DNA from: Girardia tigrina
Taxonomy: Eukaryota
Reading direction: 5' to 3'
Assembly: GCA_001938485.1 (NCBI GenBank)
Contig: MQRK01237534.1
Coordinates: 21,996-76,833, forward strand
Length of the DNA: 54,838 nucleotides
The notes under the pieces are model-generated. The model was not told the origin of the DNA. It worked only from the letters and a program-made list of their open reading frames with translations, and ran no database searches. Each line of letters opens with the position of its first letter. Positions within the stretch are counted from its first letter, which is position 1. A program made the translations under genes and the position numbers. This document shows, in pieces, positions 12,701 through 27,500 of this stretch.

Positions 12701-15461
12701 TTTCCCCTCTGCATACGAACCTGTTTTTATTGTAGTGTCCCAAAGCGATAAGATAGATTTTAATATTTTCATCAAAATTATATAGCTTATTTCTGTGTTA
12801 TTTCTTTTCTTCTGAGAATCAAAGTTCAAGAAACTACGAATTTGACGGTAATCTTCAGAGAAATTTAAACATATAGTTAGGTTTTATTAAACTAATTCTT
12901 TTTTATGCAAGTATCGTTTTCCCAAATAAATGATCAATAAATTTCTACGTAGTCTTATAAGACTATTGTGAAAATATTAAAAAAAAATGTACCGTTGAGA
13001 AAATTGTTAAACATTATCATGAAATTAATAAGACCTACGATAATTTTAATTTATTCATTCAAGCAATTAGCAAATGTATTTTGCCCTTAATCAAAAAAGT
13101 TTCTAAATAGCACATCTGAATTGTATAAAACAGTAGAAAGTTCATTTTTAAAACAAACTCATATGGTCGAAATCGTTACTGCAAATATAAATAATCACAA
13201 AATTAATAAGGATCAAGAAAATAACTAAAATTCTTCTGAAAATTAAAAGTCCTTCTAAAGATTCTACGAGTCATAAAAAGACAAATCTAGAGAATGCCAT
13301 GAAAGACCATCAAATACAAATTGATGTTTTAGAATTACAGTACAAGATTGAAATTTCCGCTTTCAAAATATTTATAATTAATCAACTTAAAATGAGAATT
13401 TTAAATTAATAAATAAATAAATTGTTCACTTAGCGATTTTTAAGCAATAATTGAAATTAAACATTTGATTTTGTCTTAAAGCATAAAAACTACAAGAATT
13501 AATAAGAAGCTTGATGGAGAATTTTACATATTCTTAACCTAAAATAAATAATACAGAATTACGGCGATTTAATGAAAATATCAAATAAACTATTGAATAC
13601 TATATTTATTTTTTTATTAAAAGATAATAAATAATTCCTTTCCTATTTATCTCAAATTAAGTTTCAACAGAATAGTAAACTATATTCTCAAATCCAATTC
13701 TGAAATTCAAAAAAATTCAAATTCAAAGCTTTCAAACCACATAAAAGTTAAAGCTTTTTTATCGGTCGGTTTTGTATTCTCTTTTTGAAAATTATTTTGT
13801 TTATTAATTCATCATTATTTGAATTTTAAATATTGAAAGATATATTAGTATACGCCTCCATTTAACGCCAGTATACTTAAATAATATTCATTATTATTAT
13901 TTTTAAAATTATTACTATTATTATTTTATTATTGTGAGGAATATTTTAAATTTGGTATGTTGAAATTGGTCTGTTGAGTTTAGTATTCGGAAATGTGTTT
14001 CTCCCACCCAGATGGAAAATTGATATTTTGGATGTTCACGAGTATAATTTATTGGAGTATAATTTGCATTTTAAAGTACAGCATAAAATATTTAAAAAAC
14101 TTTAAAATATTAAATCGTTTCAAATTTTCATATTAAAATTTAAATTAAGTAAATAGTTTTAACTAAGTTTTTTTTATTTTTAACTTTAAAAATAAAATCT
14201 GAAAATAATGAAAATTTGTTCGAATAATTGTTTATTAAAAACATTAACTAAAATTTATCAATTTAGAACGATGTCGAATTACAAAAGCTTTGCTGAGAGT
14301 TGTCCAAATTCTAATTGTATTGAAAATAAAAGTTCGAAAGCCCATGTGTTCTTAATAATTATTGTGATAAGGGAGCGACACATCGTATCGTACATCGTTA
14401 AAAATGGTCGGTGCATCAAGACTGCTTGCCTTTGTTATCTAACATATAATGAAACCACACCTTTATTCACATATACTCAACAATATAATTACTACAATTT
14501 TAGTTTTTTAAACAAATATTTTTGAGGAACATTCGAGTAAAATTCTATTTTCAGTAGTTTTCATTTAATCCTTTTTTAAGGAAAGTTTTATTTTCATTTG
14601 GTTTTAAAGCAGAGATATTTTATTTTAAAATTATTAAATTAATAGTAATTAATAACAAATATTTTTGAGGAGCTTTCGAGTAAAATTCTATATTCAGTAG
14701 TTTTCATTTAATCCTTTTTACTAAAAATTGTTTACTAAAAATACAATATATCGGCTCGTACGATCTGGAAAATTCGATATTGGAAAAAATAATAAATTAG
14801 TATGTAATGTTTATATATTAATTGAAATAATAATTATTATCAATTTATTAATTTTAAAATAAAATTTTAAAAAATTTAATAATTTTAAATTTTAATTTTA
14901 ATAATAATTGAAATAATAATATTTCAATTAATATATAAACATTACATACTAATTTACTAGTTTATTTATTGTTTAACGATGAAGGTTTTTTCGATGCAAC
15001 GTACATGATGCGTGTTTCGATGCATCGTTAAACGATACATCGTCGCTCCCTAATTGTGATTAACATTATTTAGTATTATTATTTGATTATTTTCATGATT
15101 AGGAATTATTAGTATTATTATTATTTGTGCAGTTTATGTTGGCGATTCTCCACTTACTCGAGGAATGTTCCCTCAGGTCGAGTGTCAAGATAGAGAATCT
15201 GTCGGTGCGGTTACTCTATCAATTGACTGTACTCATTACGCGTGAGCCGCGTCTCTTTGACTACGTTAAATATGTTGGTGATTTCAAATTAATTGAATAA
15301 TCGATTATATATATAATTTAAATAAATAAATTCACTGAATTCATATTGATTTAATATAATTAAAATATCTTTTTATTATTAAAATGTTTTAAAACCTTGA
15401 CTTTAGACATGTTAGATTACACATCATATGACATATAGTCGAAAATATTAGTATTCGTGGG

Positions 15462-15503
<42 letters not shown>

Positions 15504-18500
15504 CCCATAGTTTCATCTGCGAAACGTTCAAAGTTTGCTGTGATCAAATTTTTTTCTTGCTTTTGCATGGCTTAATTTTTAAATTTTTTGATCAATGCAT
15601 AATAACTCCGGTTAATATGAAATTACTAATTCCAAAAATGTATTTCAATCACAAAATCTGTTTTGCCTTCATACAAATTATCGAGAAACATTTTTTCTTT
15701 AAAAAACCCTTATACTTCAGCTGTCCCAAAAGTCCTCAGGTGGCCTTTAAAAACACACTAATATTTTACCAAATTTAACCAAATTTGGACTGAATATTAT
15801 TCAGACTGTCATAAATACTGTGTTAAAATTTCAAAGCATAAAATTAAAAAAAAGTAAAATTTTGTTTTATTAAAGTATTGAAATTTTAAAAGTGCAGCGA
15901 ATTCAAATCGAGCGGTTTTTAACAATTGAACCAAATAAATGTTGCCAACGTTTTTTTTGTTCTAACTCACAGTAAAAGAGGATTCTCTGCTTCAGAAATT
16001 CTTCAGCAACTTCAGCAGGCATGGGAAGACGCAAATCACCCAGCACTGAAAACTATTCAACAATGGTTGACTGATTTTAAAAAAGAAAAGCGGACGTCCT
16101 TCGACGATTCACCAAGAAGTGGCAGGCCGACATTAATAGACGATGAAAAGGTTAAAGCAGTCAAAGAAGTGATTGATGAAGCTCCAAATGCGTCTTTGCG
16201 TTATATTGAAAATGAACTTTCTTTAGACAAAAATACAGTCCACAAAATTTTGCGTGAAAAACTTCATTACAAAAAAGTTTGCTCTGTTTGGGTCCCTCAC
16301 GAACTTTCTGCTGCAAATAAACAACAACGCATTAACACTGCAAAGCATATACGCCATGTAATTTCACAGATGGGTGATGAAGCATATTCCAACATAGCGA
16401 TCGAGGATGAGACATGGGTCGTTTTCCAAGGTAGAGGAAAGAAAGAAGATCACAAAGTTTGGATTCCTTCTAATGCTGTTCCACCAAAAGGGATAATCGC
16501 CAATGACCGATAAAAAATCTCTTGTTTTCGTAACCTTTACCTGCAACAAAAGTTTAATGTAAAAGCACTACCATATGGTACCAAGATTGATTCCGAGGCG
16601 TATGTGAACTTTGTTCATGACACCGGTGAAAAATGGTGGAAACTTAGATCTAACAGCATCAAGCTAAAGGAACTTAAGTGGTGGCATGATAATGCAAGAC
16701 CTCATTCTAGCAAAGAAACAACTCTTTTTTTGAAAGAAGAAAAATTGAAAAAAATTATCAATCGCCCTATAGTCCAGATTTTAATCTGTGTGACAGATTC
16801 TTGTTTTCAAAAATGAAGCAAAGTTTTAAAAATCATGTTTTCAAATCACATGAAGAAATTGAAGAAGCTTGTAAATTCTTTTTTAATTCTTTATCAACAG
16901 AAACATTAAAAAATCAACTAGATAAACTTTTTAACTATNNNNNNNNNNNNNNNNNNNNNNNNNNNNNNNNNNNNNNNNNNNNNNNNNNGCTTAAGAAATT
17001 TTTAAAATATTTTTTTTAAATAAATTTTTAAATTCGCTGCATCTATTTTTTTTGTTGGTTAATAATATTATTTTTTTGGTAAGTTTCAAATTTTATGCTT
17101 TGAAATTGTGACACAGTATTTATGACAGTCTGAATAATATTCAGTCCAAATTTGGTTAAATTTGGTAAATTATCAGTGTGTTTTTAAAGTCCACCTGAGG
17201 ACTTTTGGGACAGCCTAAGTATATAATACATTTGTCTAAAATGTTAAATTGTTTGTTTGCTTGTCCGTCACACTATGATATAAATGCAAAATGGTGGAGG
17301 AATCGAAGCGAATCCACGCAAAGACGTAGTCAATCTGGATAGTCCGCAACAAAATGGTTCTGTCGGTGCAGTGCTTTCACTGAAAAACGCCGAGAAACCG
17401 GCAAAATCGACCAACTGTTAAATCAACACCGAATTTGAAATAATAAATTATAATTATGATTTAAAATTAAAACAGAAACTTTGAAAGAAGAAAATTCTGC
17501 TTCACCCGTCTAGTGTTATCGAGAAAGAGATATCAATTTATGCACAGGAATCTGTTATCTGGTTCCATGACAATTCGACACAAATTTTTTAATTCGACAC
17601 ATTTTTTTAATGGGACAAATATTTTATTTCGACATTTTTAAATTTCGATTAGTTTTTTTAATTCAAAACTTTTTTTAATTTGACCAATAACTAAGATGAA
17701 ATATTTTCATTTATCATTATTATTCAAATTCATTATTACTACACTTTTTTGAAACACGACATTTTCATTTAGTTAGACTAATGAGTTTTCCTGTATTTAA
17801 TATGAAAAAAAATCAATTTTTATGAAAAAAATGTTTTTGATATTCTTGCTGCAACATTCTCTGATGATGGATAGGTACAATGAAATTCTCACATATTTCT
17901 TATCAACTTATATTGAAGGTGCTCTTGGTAGAACTCCTCAGTTTCCAATAAAATGCTGGAACCATTTCGATTCTGCTGGTGAGCAGACACCAAAAACTAC
18001 AAATTGTTGCGAAGGTTTCCACAATGCTCTTAATGTCATATTTCAATGCAGCCACCCAAGTGTTTGGACCTTGCTTGATGGACTTGGAAGAGATATAGCT
18101 TGTCACAGACTGACTTTTGCAAATGCTCTGTCAGGTCGCCCTGAGGTTAACTTACATATTTTTCATATTAAATACATATTTTTATATTAAATACATATTT
18201 TTTTATTAAATACATATTTTGTATTAAATACATATTTTTATATTAAATACATATTGTTATATTAAATACATATTTACATATTTAACATATTTTTTATATT
18301 AAATACATATTTTTATATTAAATACATATTTTTATATTAAATACATATTTTTCATATTAAATACATATTTTTTCATAAAAATTGATTTTTTTCATATTAA
18401 ATACAGGAAAACTCATTAGTCTAACTAAAAATATAGTTAATGAAAATGTCGTGTTTCAAAAAAGTGTAGTAATAATGAATTTGAAAAATAATTTGAATAA

Positions 18501-21500
18501 TAATGATAAATGAAAATATTTCATTTTAGTTATTGGTCAAATTAAAAAAGTTTTGAATTAAAAAAACTAATCGAAATTTAAAAATGTCGAAATAAAATAT
18601 TTGTACCATTAAAAAAATGTGTCGAATTAAAAAATTTGTGTCGAATTGTCTGGTTACTCTGTTATCTAGATGGAAGTTTACAAAGTAAAATGGAATTGAA
18701 TTAAAAAAATCAAGCGTAATTTGTTGAATCAAATTTTCTTTTGCAAATGATTTCGAATTACAGGAATCAGAGCCTTTTCTTGTGTACCTTCAAACCATTT
18801 ACAGATTTCAATGAAAATTGCAATAAGAGGGAGTGAATTAATGTATACCACTTGCCATTTACTTTGCCTCTCACGTTGGACATATGTTATGAAAGAAGGA
18901 ATGACAGTGATATTTAACAAGTTGACTTCCATGAGAATCATATCCCGATGTTCAATACTACTACTTTTTAGTATTTTGGTAGTCAAGTTGTTAATAGATT
19001 CATAATTCTGAAACAGTTACCAATGATCTGATAATTATAGTTCTACATTAAATATTATTAGTCTGAGAGCGATAAAAATTGGTTGACTGTATCAGTAAAA
19101 ATACCATTCGAATAATAAATAAATATGAACAGTTATGAAATAAAATTTAGATAATGATTATTGGTCTTTTTTAAGAGAAACTTGAACTTCAACTGATCTT
19201 AGGAGGACATTGAATATTACCGTCGATCAAAGAGAATCATCGAAAACACTTGATATTGTAAAGGTGATGTAACTGAAATCTGACGCGCATAAATAAAAGA
19301 AGCGCATTTTATCTTTGATAGATAATATTTCAATGTGCGCATCAAAAATATGTTAATTTGCACTTGAACGAGCCTCAATTCGGTATGGTTAATGGATAAA
19401 ACATTAACGGAAAATTGCATTTGTTTATATGTTGATGACAGTTCGTTTTAATGTAAATGATGTGTAGAAAAAAACGAAAGAGAAATTGCAGAAGCGATTA
19501 CGGAGGTGTGATTTTATCAGAATAAATTTTTTTCAAAAGATTATTAGAGATAAATAATCGTTGTAAATATTGTTGTTTTTTTAATATTCTGGAAAATCTA
19601 ATATTTTTGAAAAATTAAACAGGAGTTTTGGGTCTAACGATATTCGGATTTTATTTTTCTTCATTATTACTTTCGGATTTTGACTTAATCTTCTCAGTTG
19701 GAAATTTGTCAGTAAATGTTTTTGACGAATTCCGAATTGTGTATAAATTTTCGTAAAACTTTCAAACTAAAAATTAAAATTTTTTTGTAAACCTTTCAAT
19801 ATTGAAACTAATAATTCTGTTTTTGGGAATGATTTTTATTGTTTTTTTAATTGATTATATTTTCTAAAAATAAAAAAAGAATATCTGGAATTAATTGAAA
19901 ATAAAATTTAAAAAACTGATAAACAAATAAAATAAAAAAAAATTGTCAACAAATTTTTTTGATTGAATAATTTACTCAAGCAGATTAAGTAAATCCGTAT
20001 TATATAAAAAAAGAAATATATTAATAATTTTTGCTATTTCATTGTATTGAAGTAATTACAATCACATATTTCATTTTTCTGTGAAAAGATTCACAAAATA
20101 ATGATAATAAGATAAATTTCAAGTTCGAATTAAAAGAATACCATCATCTTTTGTTTCTAAAATCATCAAATTATCTCATGAATTCATCAGAATAAGTTTC
20201 AATAACATCATTCAGTCTATGTAAATCAATAAATCCATATAAAAATAATCACCATCATCATAAGCATTTTAATTTCAACTCCGATTTCAGTCTTAAAGTT
20301 TAATTTCACACCACTGGCGTAGCTAGTGTATATGGTATCCGGTGCGGAGTTTATTTTGATGTCCTCCAAAAGCGAAATAAACCACCGAACAGAAAGTTGA
20401 TTCCAGAAAATTATTTATTTCGTATAGTAGGTGATAACATTAAAAAGAGACCACAATTCAATTTTACGAGTTTTCTTGCTGGCAAAAAGTCGATGATTTT
20501 AGCGAAATCAATTTTCTTCGCTAGCTCTTGTTCAATGGACGAAATTGCAAGATTAGTGAGCCGTATTCATCGTTGATCTCAAAACGTTTTTTATCAATTT
20601 GAGCTTCGAAAAACTAACCTCATATGTTGCCAAACTTATCCCAATTGTCAGAAAGATGCGAATCAAGATTACGATGTGCGGCACTGAATCATCCTGATGA
20701 AACTCAGCAGCTTGACAGGTCCTTGCTTCGGAAGTTCAGAGGCTTCTTGTGAAAAATTGACAAACCGTTGAAGCATCTTTCACTCTAGATAAAATTTGTC
20801 TTTGTCAATAACCTGAATTTCAGGGTCCAACAGTTGGAAAGGTGATAAAAAACTTGTATTTATCTGCCACATCATAAAGCTGCTTGAATCAGTTGGTTAG
20901 TTCCTGAACAATGTGGTCTAAGGAATAATAAATTTCCCATCGTACTTCGTTCATGTGCGTTTATCCGGTATCTTCACATATTTCACCTACGGAATCAGAT
21001 TTTGATACCCAGGCATCAAATTTTTGTAACATTTTGCTGTCCCTTGTAAAAAATGTGTACCTGGTGCCCGGTGCGGCCCGCACCTGCCGCACTACCTTAG
21101 CTACGCCACTGTTTCACACCTAAGTAAAGTCTTCGAGAATTATTTTCAAGAATTGATAATTTTAGTTTGACGAGTTTTTGAGCAGTTCAATTTAACTAAT
21201 TTAAAAATAGCAAAAGTGGTTTCAATTCGATATGTATTCTTATTATATTATATTATTCTTCTTATTATATGTATTCAGTAAAAAATATTTAGCTTACACA
21301 TGTGTTTCGAAATTTCTGTTGAATAAAAATAATGAAATATGATCTTATAAATATAATGATGCAACTCACTTCAAGTCTCTGTCTACTAATTATGCTAGAA
21401 GGTAAAGATCATGAAGTCTGGTTAAATGATATCAGTGGTATTGAACTCGTACTACAAATGTTTTGGAAAAATTATGAGCATTTTTGAGAATATAAAGCAA

Positions 21501-24500
21501 AAAACTTGAATGACAATAAGAGTAGCAAAGTTTGATGAGCGAGAGAAAACTCATGTTGAAAGTGTCTCATTACCGACGAAAATAGCATTACATTATCTTA
21601 CATTAGTTTTTTTGTGAAGGGAAAATGCAAACATTGATTTGATATTCAAAGTTTAGTTGAGATTGTACTTTTAGTGAAACCATCGTATTTTTAAAGAAAC
21701 AGAAATGATGTCATTTTGGCTAAGTTTATGTTTAGATATAATAATGAGCAGTCACGAAGACGTTATGTGAAACTTTCCTCAAGATGTATCACAATAGTCA
21801 TCTTGATGGTGTCGACAAGGTGGACAAAGTTTTAAAAAAGTCATAAACAATATCGAAGCATTGCTTTATAATCAAGACATTTTGTTTAGAATGTAAGCAA
21901 TTGCCTCTGCAAAAATTGTTAAATGTTGAGAATAGTATCAAATATTTAAACTTTCGAACTACAAATTAAATTGATTATCAAAATGATTGTTTCATTAATC
22001 GAATGAATGGTATAAATAAATGTATAGTTTAAAGTTTTATCAAGGTAGAAAACAAATTTGTGATGCAGTTGTTTTGTGATATTCTGTTGGCCTGAGAATT
22101 AAAGGAAAAGAACTACAAATAAGTGGAATTAAAAGAACTTTTATTTCTTGAAAATTTGAGGAAAAAAGCTATGATATGTAAGAAGAGTTTTACGATAAAA
22201 TGTTAGGTTATCTTTTCCGTTAACCAACAAGGGAAATAATTTTTAGATGAATTTTATTATGAATTATTTCTGTTTTTATAATTTAAACGCTTTATTTTGT
22301 TACTTTTTATTAAACATACTAAATGGTTTCTGTAATTGTTGTTGCAATTGTGACAGTTTGTATAGTTTTCCGGTTTAGCTCCATAAAATTTATGTATAAA
22401 ATATGTTAATTTTAAAAACCATGCAAAATTTTTCATTAAAACTGTTTAAATAAAATAGAATTAATTCATAATTATTTTACTAATAATTTTATTGATTGCA
22501 ACACTTATTTTATTGGTAGGAAAACCATCTAATTTAAATAGGATAATTCAAGTTAGCTACTCGTAGACCTTCCCCAAGAGAAACATGTGACGAATTTTGC
22601 ACGAAAAAAGTGTTAAATTGAATGATGTCTTCATTTTATGAAGAAATAAATAATGTTGTGGGAAAAGTTGATGTAATTTGTAGGGCAGGTCATACTGATT
22701 AGAAGATAAGGTTTGTAGTAGTAGAACAATTAAGACCGCATATGATAGGTGGCGTACCGTTACATAGGAGTTTTGGTATATGACTTAGCTGGTTAACGGA
22801 AAGGGAAGGAGAAAAAGAAGAATTTCAGAGGATACACATGATGTAAAAGTTAGAAGCAAAATTTGGGGAAATAATAACAGAGATAACTGATGAAAGATTA
22901 AGAGTAGCAAAGGAACAGATAAAAGTTGGCGGAAGAAAGGAGTTAAAGAGTTAGTCACACGATAAAGGAAGATATTCATGTCAAATGAATGCGATATCGG
23001 AAGAACAGACATTATCAAACACGAGATAAAAACAAAAGGTAAGCCGATAAACATCAAACCAAGGAGACAACCGGAACATTTACTATCTAAATCATATTTT
23101 ATTTACCTAGAAATGCCTTGATTTCATATTTTGTGATAAAATTTTAAGTTTAAATATTACATTAGCATATACAATGAAGTCATTAATATTCTTAATTAAT
23201 TAGATTATACAAGTCAATTTTTTAAACAAATAAATTTTCTCAATTGACGAACGGAGAATGTGTTCATAATTATCTACACATATTTATAAGTGCAGAAAAT
23301 TTTTCGTTGGTATCAAAAAATAACGAAACCGCCGAAAGAACATCCGATATCACAGTAGATTATATTTTAGAACAAATAATAAATAAAATCCCAAAAGAAA
23401 TTTAAGATGATATATAATGAAGCATAATATCAATTAATAACATTCAGATTTCGGAACAAGAGTTCGGCGAACCGTTTTACTTCATTGGCCTTATTATCCA
23501 ATTAATTCACCGAGATAAAGATATCGGTCGGTTATCACAGGAGGCTTTGTTGTTGATATTCAATTTCACTAAAGATGACGATTCAGATTTGGTTGATTAC
23601 ATTTGCTACAGATCGGATTTCTCTGCGGTAAAACCCTTTCTTTTTTTTAATCATTTTATGATTTTTATCTTATCTGGTTTTACGAGAGAAATAAAACTTG
23701 AAATTGTATATTTTTTTCTCACTCTCCAAAAATTAAAATAATATTTTTTTAATTATAAATACATTTGACATTATTAACGAAGAATACCAGATGGAATGGT
23801 GTTAATAAAATCAATGTCGAATCAGCAGTCTCAACAACTTGGGTAAAAGATATACACTCGATCAGTAATTTACTCGTCTAAAATTGCGTATTTTTATTTT
23901 CATATAAATTTTATAAATGAAATGAGCCGCTTATCTTAAAAAAAAGAAATAATGAGTTTTTTATGATGCACCAATGGTAACTTTGTGTTTATAATAACTG
24001 AGTCAATCATGAACAATCCCGGAAATGTGTTTAAAATATTTATTATTTTATTCAATTAAAAAAAATACTTGACTTCTAAATCCTGGACACATAGACATCT
24101 ACCTATAAGATAAAAGAGGCAATCGCAAGTTCGTCTAACGAACTTAACTAACCGTTAAGTCTAACCGTTCGACGGTTTAACCTCATAACTTAATCAAAAG
24201 AAAATTTTCTATGTATGGAATGGTCCAAAGATATTCTATATAAAAATTTGGAGTAAGAAAACTAAATTGTTTTCCATCAAATTTTGTTATACCAAATGTT
24301 TAGAACTTGCCACTGCCTCTTTTATCTTATAGATAGATGTCTATGTGTCCAGGATTTTAGAAGCCGAGTATTTTTTTAATTGAATAAAATAATAAATATT
24401 GTAAACACATTTCCGGGAAAAATTAAACAAACTTACACAGCCCATTTTTATTTGTGATAAGTTTATTAAAAAAGAAAGAATCTTACAAGTCTGTCAATGG

Positions 24501-27500
24501 CATTTCTAATATATTTAACATTAATAATGTTTCGAGTCCGAATTTTAAAACGAACATTTAAAATTTAATTGTATTGATATTGATGAAAACGAAATCGAAG
24601 ATAAAATATGTCAATTTATTGAATTATCCAAAAGTAACGAATTCCTTCCGGTTCTTATAAGATGTTATAGTTTTTAATAGATAGTAATAATGTTTCTTGT
24701 TTTTCAAACATTGATGTATAACTCTGGATGTATTTGTTTATTTTAGTTAGTAATGAAAGCGGTAGGCTATACTTTCCCACAAAAGGATAAATAAACTTTA
24801 AAAAGATGGCAATTTTTATTAAAAACAAATAAACGCCATTTAAAAAAATTATTTTTTGATAATATATTTCGACGGTTTAACCGTCATTATCGGATCACTT
24901 ATTATGTTCTTTTCTATTGCTTTTAGATAAGAAATGAACGAATATATAATTATTTATCATCTTTCGAAACGAGCCCAAGAACACAGTCAGAGAAGGAAAG
25001 AGTAATATTGCTGAGCATAAAAGAAACGTGTAACTGTAATAAGAGCATTAATAATTTAAAGATTTTGTGCAAGCATTTTAAAAATTATTGGGAGAGTGTC
25101 ATGTGAAGCATTGTTGATAAGATCATGTGATCCAAAAATCAATGTTCAAACTGCACTCTCAACTAATTTGTTAAGAGTTTTCGATTAGACTTACATAAGT
25201 GATTGCATAATCATTCATTTTTTTATATAAAAGCAATAAAAAAGAACATAATCATTAATCTGATAATGACGGTTAAACCGTCGAAACATATTATCAAAAA
25301 ATATTTTTTTGAAATAGCGTTTATTTGTTTTTCCTGTTTGGTATTTTTTAATGAAGAGAATGAGATTAGAAAAGATGGATGTTTTAACAATTTAATAATT
25401 TTTCATTTAAAAGTTAATAATTTTTTATCTTTTCTCTTTGTTTTTATGTATTGTTTATATTTTTTAAATTATTTTTGTACTTTAAAAATCATATTCAATC
25501 TCATTAAGCAATATGATAACTAAAAAGGTTTAAAAAAGCCTAAAATTATGTGTCTAAAACAAATCAAATCGAGGGGCACAAATACATAGTTACCTGGGAC
25601 CCAATTCGGTCAAAAATAGGCACTGGGCCCCGTATTAATATATTGACTAAAACTGCTTTCATAAAGAAAGATTTTTATAACATGATATTATATAAATATA
25701 TTTTTGCTGCAAAAATTCTAAACATCATTTTTCCACATTTATTGATGATTTAATTTCGGTTGATTAATTTATAAAAGTAATTATTCAATGATCGGTAATG
25801 CTATTACGACCTTATTTAAGATGTTGATTGGGAAGTTTAAATATTAGTACTTGATATATAAGATTCAAAACTAATGTTAATTTTGTCTTAAAATGGGTGA
25901 TAAAAAATTTTTATTCGTAAATTTCCATATTTTTGAAATTACTTATTAAATATATGATAATAAGTTGATCATTATTCAACATTCAACAATCACATTGTAA
26001 TGGAATAGTTTATGACATTCAATAAGTCATATTTAAAAAGCTTAAGACATATGATAAGAAAATATACGATTAGTAAACATCATAAACAATTTGAAAGACA
26101 TTGTGAAGGAAAATTCTGAATGTTGTAAGTTTGTTTAAATTTGTTTGTTATAAATTTTAATAATATTTTTAGTAAACGATTGTAACTTATTAAATTTAAT
26201 ATATTTTAAAAATTAATGTTTATTTTAAAAATTACTTAATACCTTTTTATAAAATAAAATTTTGAGAAATTAAAAGTTAATATTAAACTTGTGCCATTAA
26301 TTAATTTTTAGATTTGAATACGAAAAAATCAAAAACTTTATCAATCAAAGAAAAATGCTCACTGATAATTGTTGTAAAGAATTTGTTTGTGTTGTTAACA
26401 AATGTTCACACTCAAATTTTGATGTTGCTAATAGATATTTGATATAATTTTGGGTACAAAAGTACAAGTACCAACATTGTATTGAGGTTTATGATTTAGG
26501 GATAACAGCTGTGTTAAAAAAAATAATTTTGTGTGGTTAAAATGTCAACATTGTTTTATTTGCTGATATAAGAAATAATCAATCAACAACTTTCCTCATC
26601 ATGATATATTGTTTCCCGAACCATCTAAGAGATGATTGCAATACCTCATAGAACATGTAGTTCTTAATCTATTACTGGACATTTGTTTTCCGTAAAATTA
26701 ATTTCGACCTTTGCATTTTATTATTTTTATAGTATCAGGTCTTCAAAGCAAAAAGTGTTCATATCTAATTTAAGGTAAGTATGAGACCCATCAATGTGCA
26801 GAAATTGAAAAGCAAAAAAGAAATCGAAACTCAAAGTCTGAGATGTAATACTGACTTAAAATATAGTACTTCAAATATACGGCACCCTCATTAATAGAAC
26901 GACGACTGTACAATACGGCGTTATCCAAAAATCGAGTGTTATATTTCACTAGAGAGCTATGTGTTGAAACATCTATACAAAATAATTCTAAAAATCGATT
27001 TTTTTATAACAATATACCTTGAATTTTTTAAAAAATTTTATACTAAAGAAATAAGCTAATTAACTATGAATATTAAATTAAAAAAATATTAACATAATTA
27101 CTATTAGAGGTTCTTGGAATATCGCCGGAATTATTACTATGAGATATTTCTGACATCAGAACTTTTATTATACCACACAAAAATGTTTAAATCTAATATT
27201 TAAACAAACTTATTATTTTTCTTGAGAAACAAATTTGTTTTATAAATCTTAAACCGATATAAATAAAAATACTTATAAATATTTTTATTATAAATATATT
27301 TTATTTGATTTTTTCATTACTTTTATAAATCAATTTTAAATTACGATAACATTTTAAAATATTTAATCGTTTCATTTAATTTTATTATTTTTTTTAAATC
27401 GTTCCACATAAAAATTATACATTTTACTTTTTATATTATATTAAACTCTCAAAAAATTTTATTATTAGCAATTTAATTGATCTTCTTAATTTTAGTAATT

